The notes: generated by a model from the sequence alone, not told the origin. DNA of 63,205 nt, filler included, from Phoronis australis (GCA_002633005.1; 9 parts of 9 records of this genome joined end to end with filler, not necessarily neighbours in it), one strand, 5' to 3'; positions 27,341 to 40,079 are shown, numbered from the whole stretch's first letter. Numbers and translations are program-made.

Positions 27341-30332
27341 CTGTTGACAAACAAATAACTTAAAAGCATTTTTCATGAGTCAAGTGTATAACTTACAAGA
27401 CTGGGTTCAAAATTAGGGCAATGCTATTTAATAACATTGAAACTGAACAAGGATTTTTGGTGATTAATAATATACTACACAATTTCAACTAGAAAATTGC
27501 TAAAATTGGTATGCAAATTTCACAAATATGCATAAATACTATGAATTCTGTGGATTTCCGGGCCAGCCAAGGGTGAATATCATTAAAAATGTCTGGCAAA
27601 ATGAGGTAAAAACCTGTATATAGCCAGAGACTTGTGTAATGGTCACCCCTGAAGTGATTGGATGATGAGGCTGCAATTACAGTAGTGAAATTACTACTTC
27701 TGTTCCACAAGTGGGGACATTTTGTTGTGTCTTGCCAGTGTTCTGCTTGTACAGAACGCAGCCCAAACTGTTGACATCGGCATAGACTAATTATCTTGAC
27801 ACTAGGAGTTCAATCAGATAACTGTGATGTCATTCAGTTTATATGAACTTAGCAATCAGACACAAGGAGTAAAATTCAAAGTACACAGCATACAGATAAA
27901 TAAAGGTACTGAAGTAGTGAATACAGACACGTAGTCTTCAACAGGTGACAATTGAGTATAATGTCAAAAATATGGCATTTATGATAATCACTTGTTCAGT
28001 ACTTGGACCTTCGATGACAGCTTGAAAAAAATAATTCCTAACTTGAATTCCCGTCACCAAAATACTGTTATGTGAAGCCATTGCAATTAGCAGGAAGTGA
28101 TAATACCAAAGTTCAAGTTCGAAAAAATCATAATTGAATTTGAAATTGTTTTACTTTTCCTGCACTGCTTTTGTGCTTGCTTGTTTTAAAATAGTAACAT
28201 CAGTAGCCATGGTTAAGTTTGTGAAAGACGTACGCAGCATCGCTAACTCAAGCACTAAGAAACTCCCAGTATTTGACTTAATTTTTTTCTGTATTTTGTT
28301 ACCTTAACTGGATGCCTCAAAACTTCCATGCTTTTATCGTAAGTATAAACAATGTCTACTTAAAGAATTGTGCCTCAAGACCATAAACTTGACAAAGCAT
28401 AAGCGCAGTGTTTCTCCTTTATGTCCCCACTACTGGTAAAGCTTACCCAAATTGACTGCCATACACCTAACCCCAACGTAAGGAAACTTCACTACTATAA
28501 AAATTGCAAGTAAAATTGAACATACAGTACATAAGTTACATGGCTACCGTCAATGTTAGGGAATGGATCGGGAAAAACAATAATTTAAATCAAATCTTTT
28601 TAACTTTTCCCCTTGTTAAACATAATGAATCATTTTATTCCTTTCCTTCCTTGCGTTCGTTAAGTGACCTGACTGACATTTGGTAACGGATGGTTATCTG
28701 ACAATGAACAACAATTCAACAGTCATGGATCAGGCAATGACCTTGATCTTAAAGGAACCTTGATATTAGTTTTCTAAAATGGCGAATACGATAATAACGG
28801 AAGTTAATTAAGTCGAGAGAGGTTCAAATATTTTTGTTGTGAGTGCGTGCCTACAACCAAATTCAATTTTAACACGTTGTCTGCAGCCCTTCGCTGGAGT
28901 GTCCGCAATTAAAATATGTTACACTGATACAAAACTCATCGAGTTCACACAAAGACACTTCAGTGCAGGGTCAGATGGGATCCACATCCGCTGCCCTCAT
29001 TTACCATAATTACGCTTCTTTCGATGCGCAGGCAATGGGGGGATACCACTTCCCATACTAGAGTGTGGCAACATACTAAGCATCCCACTGGGACCATTCA
29101 CCACCACATTCCTTTCAAATGCAGGGGTAACACTTGATAGTGTAACTCAAAAACTTCACCCACTTGAAAAAACAAGTCCTTTCAAACACGAACATGTACA
29201 ATAACTAAGAAGAATGTCCAGGAGTTTCCTATTTGCTGTTTCAGTGTATTGCTTTGAACCAGTGTATACATACTCTGCCCTGCTTAATAAACTCCTGTCT
29301 TGAGTGTGTATTTTAACTGATCTTTTGGCCTCAAAAAGACTAACTTCTCACTATAGTTGCAAACCAGGCTTATCTTCAGTAGTGCATCATGAGACATGTG
29401 ATTTTTGAGGCTCCAAACTTTCAACAGGTGTTTGAAGTTGATATTATCTAGGAGTATTGTGTGTTTTCAAGGTTTGAAATCTTAAAATTGCAATGTCCAA
29501 AATCAATGAGTTGACATAAAGGAATTTAAATTTTCAGAATGAAGTTTGCTTTCATTTGCACTACCAACACTAAAATATTACGTGGCTCCCCGCAATTTGA
29601 ATTTAATCTAGCATAGAATTTTTTATAGCAAATGAAACATTTAGGAACAAATATAAATACATGCAGACAATAAAATTTTAAAAAATAAAAATCTTATACA
29701 GACGCAAGCAATAAAATTTAATAGCATTTTACTATTTTTATTGGTAGTTGGGTGAAGGCCGAATTCATTTGGACCACACCAAAAGGCTCACCTGTAGAGA
29801 AAGGTGCCTGTACCTCATAAGAGGGGAGATTTTTTGTTCAGGGAAATCCCCCATCTCCAACATTCTTCAACAATTAATGCCCCATGAGGGGAATATCCTT
29901 AATCATTGGAAGGGATATTTAGTGCNNNNNNNNNNNNNNNNNNNNNNNNNNNNNNNNNNNNNNNNNNNNTTAATTAATTAANNNNNNNNNNNNNNNNNNN
30001 NNNNNNNNNNNNNNNNNNNNNNNNNATTATTGGACAGTTGTCAAAATGAGAACACTTCTGTTTACAACCACTTTTAAAAGAGAAGATAACATTAAAAAAC
30101 CTTTTTACAGATTTGAATGGTTGTACCTTAGCAGTGAATCACATCAAAAAGGTACCACTTTGTGAGGTATTAAAGTGGAACTTGTAGCTAATTTCTTATT
30201 TCTGTGATTGCTTGGCCAAATTAATTAGAAACAAAACATACAGCGAAGATGTGAATATGAAGTAGGTTGCAAATTGCCAAATATTTTTAGGAAGAGTTTT
30301 GTATCGAAAATGATCCAGTGTAAATAAGAGAA

Positions 30333-30488
30333 CAGAGGCGGATCCAGGATTTTGCGTGGGGGGCAGGGCAGAGTATTAGCCAGGATTTTGCCCTTCAGAC
30401 ACACTCACCCCCGAACTGCCAAATGGAATCTGGGAGAATTTTAGAGGGGGGGAATTGCCCCCTTGGCCCCCTTCTAAATCCGCCACTG
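30333..30488. mobile_element. MITE, CAG(A/G)GGCGGATCCAG family, degenerate 5-bp TSD
   Basis: Ends CAGAGGCGGATCCAG / CTAAATCCGCCACTG; flanks GAGAA / GTGAA. Confidence 0.8.
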
Positions 30489-31852
30489 GTGAACCATGTC
30501 CATGTGGTGTTGGGGAATAACACTCCATGCTGCAGGCCATGTGAGAGGTAGGTCATTAGTACAAAGGAAACCTATTCATAGATTTTTTTGTTTTCACATT
30601 TACAAGTTGTCAATAAATACAACTGCAGGCTTTGTTTAGCATAGATTACTTTCAAATAGCAGAACCCTGCTATACATTACTTTAAATTGGAGAGACACCC
30701 TTTCCTTGTAAATTTGTCCAAAACGTCACAACTTTTAATGAAACTGGTCTCAGCAGCATGTCCTCTATACCACTTTTGTTGGAGTAACGCATGTTTCCCC
30801 AACAGTGAACCTTTAGTCAACCTGTGACCTGTACCTGGCTTGCATTCCACATCAGGATGCCACCCATGGGCACCTGTAAATATTGCCCCTGCCCTATTTA
30901 TACATCCCCCATAGTGCAGAGCAGTATTCCAAATGTCTGGGAATTAAAATTATGGTAAAATGTCACAATACACATGTACATGATGTTTAGGTGGATCTGA
31001 AACGAGTTTACTTGCACTTCTTAAAAAGATGCAAAATCAACTCTGAGATATTTATGCACCTAAGGTAAGGATGCACTGTACAGTTCTCACTGGGTTTTGT
31101 CTGGCAGTACACACATTGCTCACTGAACTTGCCACCTGTCTTCCACTCTGTCCAAAACTATGAACAAAACAAAATGCTGTGACTCATACCGAAAGCGCCA
31201 CACATGACCACAGAAACTTTAATCTGTCTCGTGTTGTTGGCCCTTTCATTTTTGCCAAAAAAGGAAGCATAGCTCTAAAAAAAGGGAAAAACGCAAAATC
31301 CAATTTTAGCCCAAAACTGGAGTTTCCTGCAGAAAGCCAGATCCAAATATATACCCAGATGTTTACCTGGAAATGATAAATATATGTTCAGGTGTGTCAA
31401 TACTGTAGCCGGTGTTCAAACTGAAACCAAGACAGTCTATGCAAGACTGTCCCAACCAACAGCTGAAGTTTATTTTTGAAAATTTACCTCAGTTACAGTT
31501 TTAGTGTCCATTTCTGGNATGCCCTGGGCCTGTCTGTAGTAAGAACTCCAGTACTTGTCCTACAACAATACCTGTAATTTGAGACATTATGCATATTTGG
31601 GAATCCAACAAGTTAATGCTGGCTTAATCTTCAAAACTTTGGTTAAGAAAAAGTTTGACTGGTCAACATCCATTTACTTCATTTTTCAAACCTTTTTGGT
31701 TTCAGACTCTGTACTTCATAACTCGGTCTACAAAATTTTAACAATTTGCGAAATCAAAGATGAAGCTTGTAAACATTCCTCATAGTGTTTCTCCTACTAT
31801 GTTTGTTTACATAGTTGCCATGTTCTTTCTGTATATATTGTTCAATACCTCT

Positions 31853-31965
31853 CTTCATTAAAGACACGACTTGACTTTTTGTTAGCGAAAGGAGACTGTT
31901 TCGAAATTACGAACATATCAGTATCAAGCTCGCAAACAAAAAGTCTAGTCGTGTCTTTAATGAAG
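31853..31965. repeat. 113-bp hairpin element with 36-bp inverted arms
   Basis: CTTCATTAAAGACACGACTTGACTTTTTGTTAGCGA ... TCGCAAACAAAAAGTCTAGTCGTGTCTTTAATGAAG. Confidence 0.9.
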
Positions 31966-32016
31966 GGCTACTACCAAATTATACCAATACCTCTCTGTAG
32001 ATAATTCTCTACACAA

Positions 32017-32511
32017 CAGGGCTTAGAATGACCAATGACAAAAAACGCGGAAACTTTGAAACTTTTACGGCCCAAATCGTCGCCCGATAACCAGCCTAGA
32101 ACTGGTCCTTTCCCCGACAAAAATCGGGAGGACTAAAAAAAAAAAAACCACCATCAGTAGCATGCGTCTGCGTCCTTTTAGCTCGCCCGTCTACTCCCAA
32201 CACACACATTTTTGGCTGCAGAGCGGTAGTATTTGTCGCCGCGCTTAACATTAACACGAGACGCCATTGAAAATCACACCACGCTATCCCAGATGCCCCG
32301 GCAATGTTGACAATTTACGTTCCTCCGAACATAAAGAGCAACTTCCGCTTTTCGATGTGAATGTCGTCTGCAACGCCGTGGTAAGAAAGGAATTTGCCGC
32401 AGAAATTTTATATCAAATCCGATTTTTTTACGCGGAAATATTATAAAAAAAGCGGAAAGCACATTTGAAAAAAGCGGAAATCCGCGTTTCCGCGGAAAAT
32501 TCCAAGCCCTG
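32017..32511. mobile_element. hAT-like MITE with 6-bp TSD (ACACAA)
   Basis: TIR CAGGGCTTAGAAT / ATTCCAAGCCCTG. ACACAA at 32011-32016 and 32512-32517. Subterminal GCGGAAA repeats. Confidence 0.88.
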
Positions 32512-32979
32512 ACACAAGTACTTTTTATCGGTAACCAGCATCTGTGCTAATGTTTTCTTTTCAAATAAACGTTTTACTTACTAACTTTTATCCCGATTGT
32601 ATGCTAAAAAGCCGATGTTTATTTTGATCTAAGTTCCTAAAACTAATCGAATGTGACGAAACTTGCAACACTCGAGCTGATTGAGGTCACAGCTGAAGGT
32701 GATTATTACCGGGAAAAAATGAGAACAAAAATAAAAAAAATAAAAGGTGGATTATATCAACTAAGAATTTTGTATGCCTGCTACATGACATACACAATTA
32801 CAATACAGAGATAATGAGACCACATCAAAATATCAAACTTCAGTGAGATTCGATCACCTGCAACTGTTCATTAGTAAAAAGACGCACAGGTCAAAGGCAA
32901 CGAGTACATGTTGTAAAATAAGGCAACAATATTTCATACTTCAGTAAGGTATAAGAAGTTAAATTGAAACACATCATTT

Positions 32980-33620
32980 TTATGTCAATTTTTTAATGAT
33001 GAACATAAAATACTCAGCACTAAAATACGTCCCCAGTTCTTTAAAACTAACACTCACTTTGGAACAGTTCAAAGTCTCTTCAACAAACAAAAGTCTACTT
33101 TCCGGATCTTCATCAGTAAACTGCACAATACTTCCACCATGTACCAAGACTCTATAGGCTTCCTCCAGAGCTCTTTTCCCATTTCTCACACCAAATTCTT
33201 TATCGCGCATCACTGCGTCCAGTGTCCCTTTATCCAATACCAAATCAAAACAGCTGTCCGCAAACAGTAACGAGGTTACATCACAGACTCGGAATTGCAT
33301 TGTGGACATGGCATGGGACAGGTCATTCGTAGCCAACTTTAAATGCCTTTGTTTCATTTTTTGAATTGCCGTTTTTGAGAAATCCACACAGGTGATATCC
33401 ACAGGTGTAGTCTTATCACCATACAACCCCATGCTGATATCGGACAGCCCACACCCGAAGTCTAAAATCTTACACGGACTAGTGCCAAGATTGGTTATCA
33501 ATGGTTTAACGAATGCTTTCAGTTGTTTGTAACTCAAGAACCAGTCTTCCGTGTCACCTTGTAATCCAGCATAGTGTGTTTCCCAGGCAGACTGCTTACT
33601 AAGGTTGTGAATGAGTTGAC
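32980..33620 (-). CDS. CSKMT: Citrate synthase lysine N-methyltransferase (METTL12), terminal exon; upstream exon not found
   Basis: Polypyrimidine tract plus TAG acceptor at 33621-33623. Class I SAM motif ILDFGCG, plus DWF, VDFS, FDLVLDKGTLDAV and the CSKMT-type QFTDEDPESRL...ELG...YF C-terminus. Frame intact to TAA. Confidence 0.9.
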
Positions 33621-33781
33621 CTATAAAAAGAGTGAAAAAGAATATTAAAAGATAATTGTCAAGGCTATAATCAGGTACCAAAGACAGCAATGTCTCAATA
33701 AGGGTTAACTGTTTTTCTACAAAAAGTAATAAATAAATTCTAAAAAATGTAACAAATTCTCTTGATATTTCAACACAATGG

Positions 33782-33823
33782 CATGATGTTTCGGCCAGTC
33801 ATTTCTCTGGCCATCTTCAGGTG
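33782..33823 (-). ncRNA. Decayed minimal (type I) hammerhead ribozyme motif, Penelope-like
   Basis: Minus strand reads CAC-CUGAAGA-U-GGCCAG(agaaauga)CUGGCC-GAAAC-AUC-AUG: both core boxes and a perfect 6-bp stem II. Confidence 0.55.
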
Positions 33824-35624
33824 ATTTTTACAAGAATGAGCATAGGTGTGTAGTACTCTGCTGATGATCAGCCATGGTGATGAGCTCTTTTCAGCACACT
33901 GAACTGTTGTCCTTTTGGTTGTCAGTCCAGCACTCTCTCTGCTAGAATGATTTAATTAATCATACGGTGCAGATTGCAAAGACTAGTTTGTTTAAATGTT
34001 TAGATTTAACGACATCAACTATGCAAATGTTTTACCCATTAACATATGCTCCACAAGCATTTTCAATATGGCGGGTGCTCGCCTGCTCGAGAGTGCTCAA
34101 TTCTGAACAACTTTTAGCAAGTTAGCATTCGTGAACAGAGGCAAGCGCTCGCAATCACACGAAGTGCTTACATGACAAGACTGTTGGAAGTAACTGTAAA
34201 AAATTTGGTACATCAATAAATAATTTAATTTGCATAATCTTTATATTGATTACAGGGGCCTTTCTTCATTTTCTGAAGCAACCACACACACTGTCGTTCA
34301 ATAATGAGCTCTGACATTAGGCGGGCACTTGCTCTCATTTTACACAGGCTCTATTCAACAAGCCTCAAGTATTTTTCTGGAAAATTCACATCATTAGAAA
34401 GCAGAAGAAATTTTCTACCAGGATAGAACACTTTNNNNNNNNNNNNNNNNNNNNNNNNNNNNNNNNNNNNNNNNNNNNTTAATTAATTAANNNNNNNNNN
34501 NNNNNNNNNNNNNNNNNNNNNNNNNNNNNNNNNNGTTTTTTGAGAGCCTAACTATAGTTACACGACCCTTAAGGACACAATGTGGCTAACAAGTGAAATT
34601 TTATTTTATGGTTTTACATTTTCAAGTTTTCTACTGCAGCCTTCATAACACTAAGTTTTGAAAAGTTAACATTTGCAACAATGCCAAAATGCCTTGAATA
34701 CAAAAAACAGGCATTTTAAAATTGTTTTTGTCCGAAATTTGCAAGATTGAAACAAGGGCATTTTTGGCAAAATTTTTAGACTAAAATTGGTATGAGTCTA
34801 CTGTGCTGACCAACTGTGATTTATTAGAAGTCACATAGCATTTACTTACAGTTGACAATAGTTCATTTAGAAAACAATGAACATTTGAAAAGAGCAGCAT
34901 TTTACTTATTTGCCATTAAAAGGAAACTGCATCGATTTCCTAGGTAGAAAAGAGTATTAATTGTAGACCCATAAAACTTTATCCAATAATCAAATATCAT
35001 GCCCGGATGCCCGTAATCATGTGACTTATATTTTTTGTCTGTTTTCATGGAAAGTCAAGCAAAAAAAATTTGGATTAACACTTGAAAATTTATTTTCTTT
35101 ATTTGATTAGCTAGTAGATATATGAAAGAATGTTTGTGACTTTCTAAAATTCATTTTAGCACAATACCAAGGCCAAAAATAAAGACATCGATAATCCCTA
35201 TAATGAAGTTTTGACCATAGAGCGCTCTCAATATAAAAGTCCTAAATAGAAAATTCCAGAAGTGCTTTAATTTGTTATTTATGAAACTCCCGTACAAAAA
35301 ATTTATGTTAATGAAAAGTATAACAATACTCATGAAAATTCACAGTTATTGATAAATAAGTTGTGATAATAAACAACTGATTATTGCTTCTGTGCAGACC
35401 ATTATTATCTGCGATCATTACGGCTTTTGAAAATTTGTAGTGTTTGGGTGTGCCATTAACACACACGTAGCCAATCATAATTAGTTATAGCTCACAAATA
35501 TTATTTTAGACCACTTATCATTGTTTTGTGTTGTATCATTTTGATTGCATTGTTATAATTTTACTACTCAAGTCAACAATAAGTGGAATCTGGTAGAGAT
35601 ATCATTTTTGTAGAGAGAAAAACG

Positions 35625-36345
35625 TTAAACTTCTGGGCAGAGTCCCAGCGCAGAAATTTCTGTACAAAATTCCAGCCCAGAAATTTCTGCACAGCAAAAC
35701 TCCAGTGCAGAAATTTCTGCGCAGAGTCCCAGCGCAGAAATTTCTGCGCACAATTCCAGTGCAGAAATTTCTGTGCAGAGTCCCAGCGCAGAAATTTCTG
35801 CGCAGAATTAAAGCGCAGAAATTTCTGCGCAGAGTCCCAGCGCAGAAATTTCTGCGCAGTCCCAGCGCAGAAATTTCTGCGCAGTCCCAGCGCAGAAATT
35901 TCGGCGCAGAGTCCCAGCGCAGAAATTTCTGCACAGAATTCCAGCGCAGAAATTTCTGCGAAGAGTCCCAGCGCAGAAATTTCTGCACAGAATTCCAGCG
36001 CTGTGCAGAGTCCCAGCGCAGAAATTTCTGCGCAGAGTCCCAGCGCAGAAATTTCTGCGAAGAGTCCCAGTGCAGAAATTTCTGCACAGAATTCCAGCGC
36101 AGAAATTTCTGCACAGAAATTTCTGCGTAGAGTCCCAGCGCAGAAATTTCTGCACAGAATTCCAGCGCAGAAATTTCTGCGTAGAGTCCCAGCGCAGAAA
36201 TTTCTGCACAGAATTCCAGCACAGAAATTTCTGCGCAGAGTCTCAGAGCAGAAATTTCTGCTCAGAGTCCCAGCGCAGAAATTTCTGCGCAGAGTCCCAG
36301 CACAGAAATTTCTGCTCAGAATTCCAGCGCAGAAATTTCTGCGCA
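35625..36345. repeat. 27-bp minisatellite with an 18-bp palindromic core (GCGCAGAAATTTCTGCGC), ~27 units
   Basis: Unit AGAGTCCCAGCGCAGAAATTTCTGCGC. A length divisible by 3 explains the overlapping repetitive ORFs. Confidence 0.97.
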
Positions 36346-36703
36346 CGATACAACATAGGGTTAACATGCAATGGAATATATCAATTTTTAAGCCAAAATG
36401 ATTGAAATCCAGGCGCAGAAAAAAATCTACAACTTTTCAGGCACAAAAAGGGAATGAGTGGAAATTCCCTTTTTAAAATGGAAAGTGTTCATTACAAATA
36501 CTACTAGGCAACTATAAAGAGATGTTCTGGTTTGTAACCTATGCGACGATTCTAATAGCAAAGTGTCGGATAAACAAAGATGGATTGAGAGACAACCCCA
36601 TTGAATTCACAGAAATGTGGTTATCGATGGACCACAGTTAAAAGGTAACGAGAACTTTTCCTGTACACGTGAACTAAAAAAATCAGAATCAGTCACTCCA
36701 TAC

Positions 36704-36785
36704 CTCAAACTCCTTTCTGAATTCAACATTGGCATCCTGGTGCATAATATCAACATATCCAACAAAGTCAGTGAGCTTAATAGGT
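36704..36785 (-). CDS. Receptor-type protein tyrosine phosphatase, wedge region just before the PTP domain
   Basis: tag|(K)PIKLTDFVGYVDIMHQDANVEFRKEFE|gtatgg. 82 bp, phase 2->0. Matches the RPTP motif PIxxxDFxxxVxxMHxDxxxxFxxEFE. Confidence 0.8.
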
Positions 36786-37110
36786 CTACAAAACAAAGAA
36801 TATCGTATTCATGCATGTAATTAAAATTCCTAAATATAACCCAAAATGTGCACTTAAATTCTGAGACATATTGTGCGGTGGTATTTACAATATCTATTGC
36901 AATGGCAGAATCATGTAATTTAACTAACAAAAAGATTTTATTTCTTGCAGCAGCCATTTCAAAGCAATGCAGCACTGAATTTTTACAGCAGTCAAAAATA
37001 GCTATACATTGATATAGGTCGCTCACTATTTAACAAAATTGGGGCCAAGTGCGAGGAATTGATTTGTTACATTTGGCAGATAGATGAAAATGAGTGCATT
37101 TAAGTCTTAC

Positions 37111-37209
37111 TTTGAGCGTGCAACTTCATCAAATGGAATCTCGTCATAGACCACTGTCAGGTTGTCCATCCCATTCTGTGAAAGGGAAGTTTGCACTTGT
37201 TTGAAAGGT
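37111..37209 (-). CDS. Receptor-type protein tyrosine phosphatase, juxtamembrane exon
   Basis: cag|PFKQVQTSLSQNGMDNLTVVYDEIPFDEVARS(K)|gtaaga. 99 bp, phase 2->2; splices in frame to the next exon. Confidence 0.65.
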
Positions 37210-37969
37210 CTGCAAAACAGGAACACGTACAATATATTTGTCAGAAGTGGCCCTGAAGTAGTGGGTGCATAAATATGCAGGTTTATCACAAAAAAACACC
37301 AACCAAATCAATGGTTCATTAAAATTAAAAGCTTCTCCTCTTATACATTAATATTTGAAATAGGCAAAATACAACAAAACAAAAGTATGAGACAAAATAA
37401 TGTTACCCAACAAGATGGTTAATTCTGTTAACAGAGTGGAACAAATATTGTGGCAAAACTTTTTCATTTACAGAATGGCTTTAGCCACCTGACTGTAGCT
37501 TTCCTGTTAAGATTACCGCATGCAAGATCCTAGCAAAATGTCAATCTTTGGCTAATTTTGAAACATTACCTATTAAATGACTGATCGGACTCATATGAAA
37601 CTTTTAGACACTGTATTCTCCAAAATCCGGCTAGAAACTGTTTTTAAATTGACTCAGTCTTGCAAGAGAAGCTATCAAAAATAAGTGTGTTAATTACCGT
37701 TTCCTTGGTGAGTATGCTCTATCTAAGAAACAATAGGAAGTGATTTCAACGTCCCAGTAAAGGGTCTATGCCTGAAGGCGTGTGACCCAATTCTCTGCGT
37801 TCATTCCTCAACATATTTGTTGCAAAAATTACAAATTGAATAGGACAATAAATTCTTTACAGTCGAGATAAAACAACCAATGAGAAACTTAAGGGAGTGT
37901 CATTCCAATGCACACCATATGACGTGCAGATTTGTTTAAAGCTGACTTTCCATAAGTGCATTCACAGAT

Positions 37970-38250
37970 GAGAATTTTACACGTTTGATAGTACGCTCTT
38001 GAGTCAGACGTGTAAAAAGCGTGTAAAACGTGTCAAAATAAACACGCAAACGTGTAAAACATGTAAAAACAATTGTGTAGAATTTGACACGCTAGCCTGC
38101 CAAATGTGTAAAATTTTACACACTTGACACGCTAGCGTGTCAAATTTTACAGGTTTAACACTCTATCGTGTCAAGCGTTTAAAATTTTACCCGCTAGCAG
38201 TCAAACGTGTAAAATTTTGACACACTAGCCCGTCAAGAGTGTAAAATATG
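37970..38250. repeat. Cluster of short mixed-orientation GTGTAAAA/TTTGACACG repeats; related clusters at ~41165-41340 and ~7490-7650
   Basis: TGTAAAA, TTTTACA, TGTCAAA and TTTGACAC motifs are repeated in both orientations. Confidence 0.6.
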
Positions 38251-39174
38251 ATAGAACTCTTCAATAATGACACAATTTAAATAAGCTTGGCAGTTCTGAA
38301 AAGGCTGCTGGGAGGTAATCACCCAATTTGAATGACTAAACATGTTCCAGTAATAACATCCAAGAATTTGCAACAAAAGATTTCACTGCCTTTTCAAATA
38401 TCCAAATACTGAGTTAGAGTTGGTTTAGCTGTCAAAGAGTGCAGTTGTGTCAGGAGTTCACTAATGAAGCATGGTTTTCAAGTGCGATGCAGCTCTAACA
38501 GAAGTTTGGTATGTATATATTCTGGTTGACAGTGGACTGATAAACTATTCTTGCAAATGGTCCTTTTAAGTACTACTTACCTACTGCAGGTAAGTTGGAT
38601 TGTAACAGAAAACAATAGAGTCAGTAGAAACTGTTGACTATACAGGTAATACATGAAGTTGGAACGTTCACTTATTTCAGCCTCTCATCTTCAGTAGTAT
38701 ATCAATTCATAATTGGTTATTTGAAAATCTCTTATTAAGTTCAACACCATTGCACATAACAGTTTAATGATTGTGCCTTAAAAATAGTACGTTTTTATTT
38801 TAAAATTCAATTGGGAAGTATTTTAAAATATAGAGTAAACAAAAAATTACATGGAAATATCTACAAAGCAAATCGTAGTTTGATCGCTCCAGACAATACA
38901 AATAATGCACAAAATTTCGGCAGTGTTTTGAATTTTAAATACATGATGTCATCATATTTTGGTTGCTCATTGATATCTTACTTATATACCTTTTTTTAAA
39001 GAGTAACATCAAGATGCCTACTCTCAAGTTCTGAATAGCCGTATCTGTAGGATTATTTTTTCACACTCGTTTTCCTGTCTATACGACGCTCATTCGGGTC
39101 TCTACGATTATTTGATTCAGCTAGTTCAATTTTTGTTTCATTCAATACAAATTTGTTACACAAAAACTTTGCTG

Positions 39175-39245
39175 CTGATACCGGTTATCGTACCTTGGTC
39201 ATAAGACGAAGATAATTCGCTCTAAACCTCTAGACCACGAGACAC
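39175..39245 (-). repeat. tRNA-derived (SINE-like) head, degenerate
   Basis: GTGTCTCGTGGTCTAGAGGTTTAGAGCG (A-box-like) ... GGTACGATAACC (degenerate B box). No intact cloverleaf. Confidence 0.35.
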
Positions 39246-40079
39246 TCAGTTCAGAGATTGTAATTTAGAAGAGCTATATACGACTCAGCGTTACACACGG
39301 AAGTCACATGTCATACACATTAAAAGAGTTTGTTTGCTAAAATATACAACTGTATGTTTCAAAGCGTAAAATAATTGGACTCCCAAGCAAGAGTTTACGC
39401 AGTGGCCGTCTGTTGGACGGCCAGAATGTTATTTTGGACGGGTTCGACGAGATCGGTCAGAATTAAGAAAGAGTTGGCAAAATTTTAAAAAGCTTGAAAT
39501 GATGACCTCTTTCTCAATATTAACGGCTGGTTGGCAGTCGCTCAACGAAATAGGCTATCAATAATTTCAGAAATAAGAAATTTAATGCTCAAAAAGTGCA
39601 TTTTTCAATATTCTGCGCACTCTGTGACACAGTTCGGTGTTACCGACAGCTCAACATACACATGAATAAAAACGTTTTCGACGACTTTCTTTGTGTGATC
39701 CAATATTTATGATTGCACCCTGTGAAAAACTGGCAAGCCGTTACAACTCTTCACTGTGTCTGTCCCGAAAGTTTGCGTTTCCAGGGGTAGTAATTCCGAG
39801 ATTTTACGCAGCCAGTGTCATCTGCGGTTTCCGTCACTTAGTCAACATTGGCATCTCTAGTATGAATGATCCGCGCACTGTTTAAAACACGTCTATATAG
39901 ACTTCCATTTAAAGTTATTGAATAAACGAATGGTCTTTGTTTTAGCAATGACACTTTTATTCCACTTCACTGTACTATGTTATGGCATGGGTGGATAAAC
40001 CTCTGCAATAATTTAACTATGCTAATGTTCAGTTTAAAAGTTTTTCTTTGAAACAATTACTTAAAGCGGTAATAAGTCA

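Noticed and set aside
33621-33690. N-terminal hydrophobic extension of the 236-aa CSKMT ORF (TTG start)
   Set aside because: It is the intronic polypyrimidine tract ending in a TAG acceptor, not a TM or signal segment.
35573-36405. CRISPR-like array or long ORFs (up to 272 aa)
   Set aside because: The linkers between palindromes are 9 bp and nearly identical, there are no cas genes, and the context is animal. The ORFs are a by-product of a stop-free 27-bp unit.
38350-38417. LRR-like peptide NNIQEFATKDFTAFSNIQILS
   Set aside because: A single repeat ending in a stop, with no convincing donor and no neighbouring LRR exons.
39175-39245. Functional tRNA gene
   Set aside because: The B box is degenerate and there is no acceptor or anticodon stem pairing; kept only as a SINE-like remnant.
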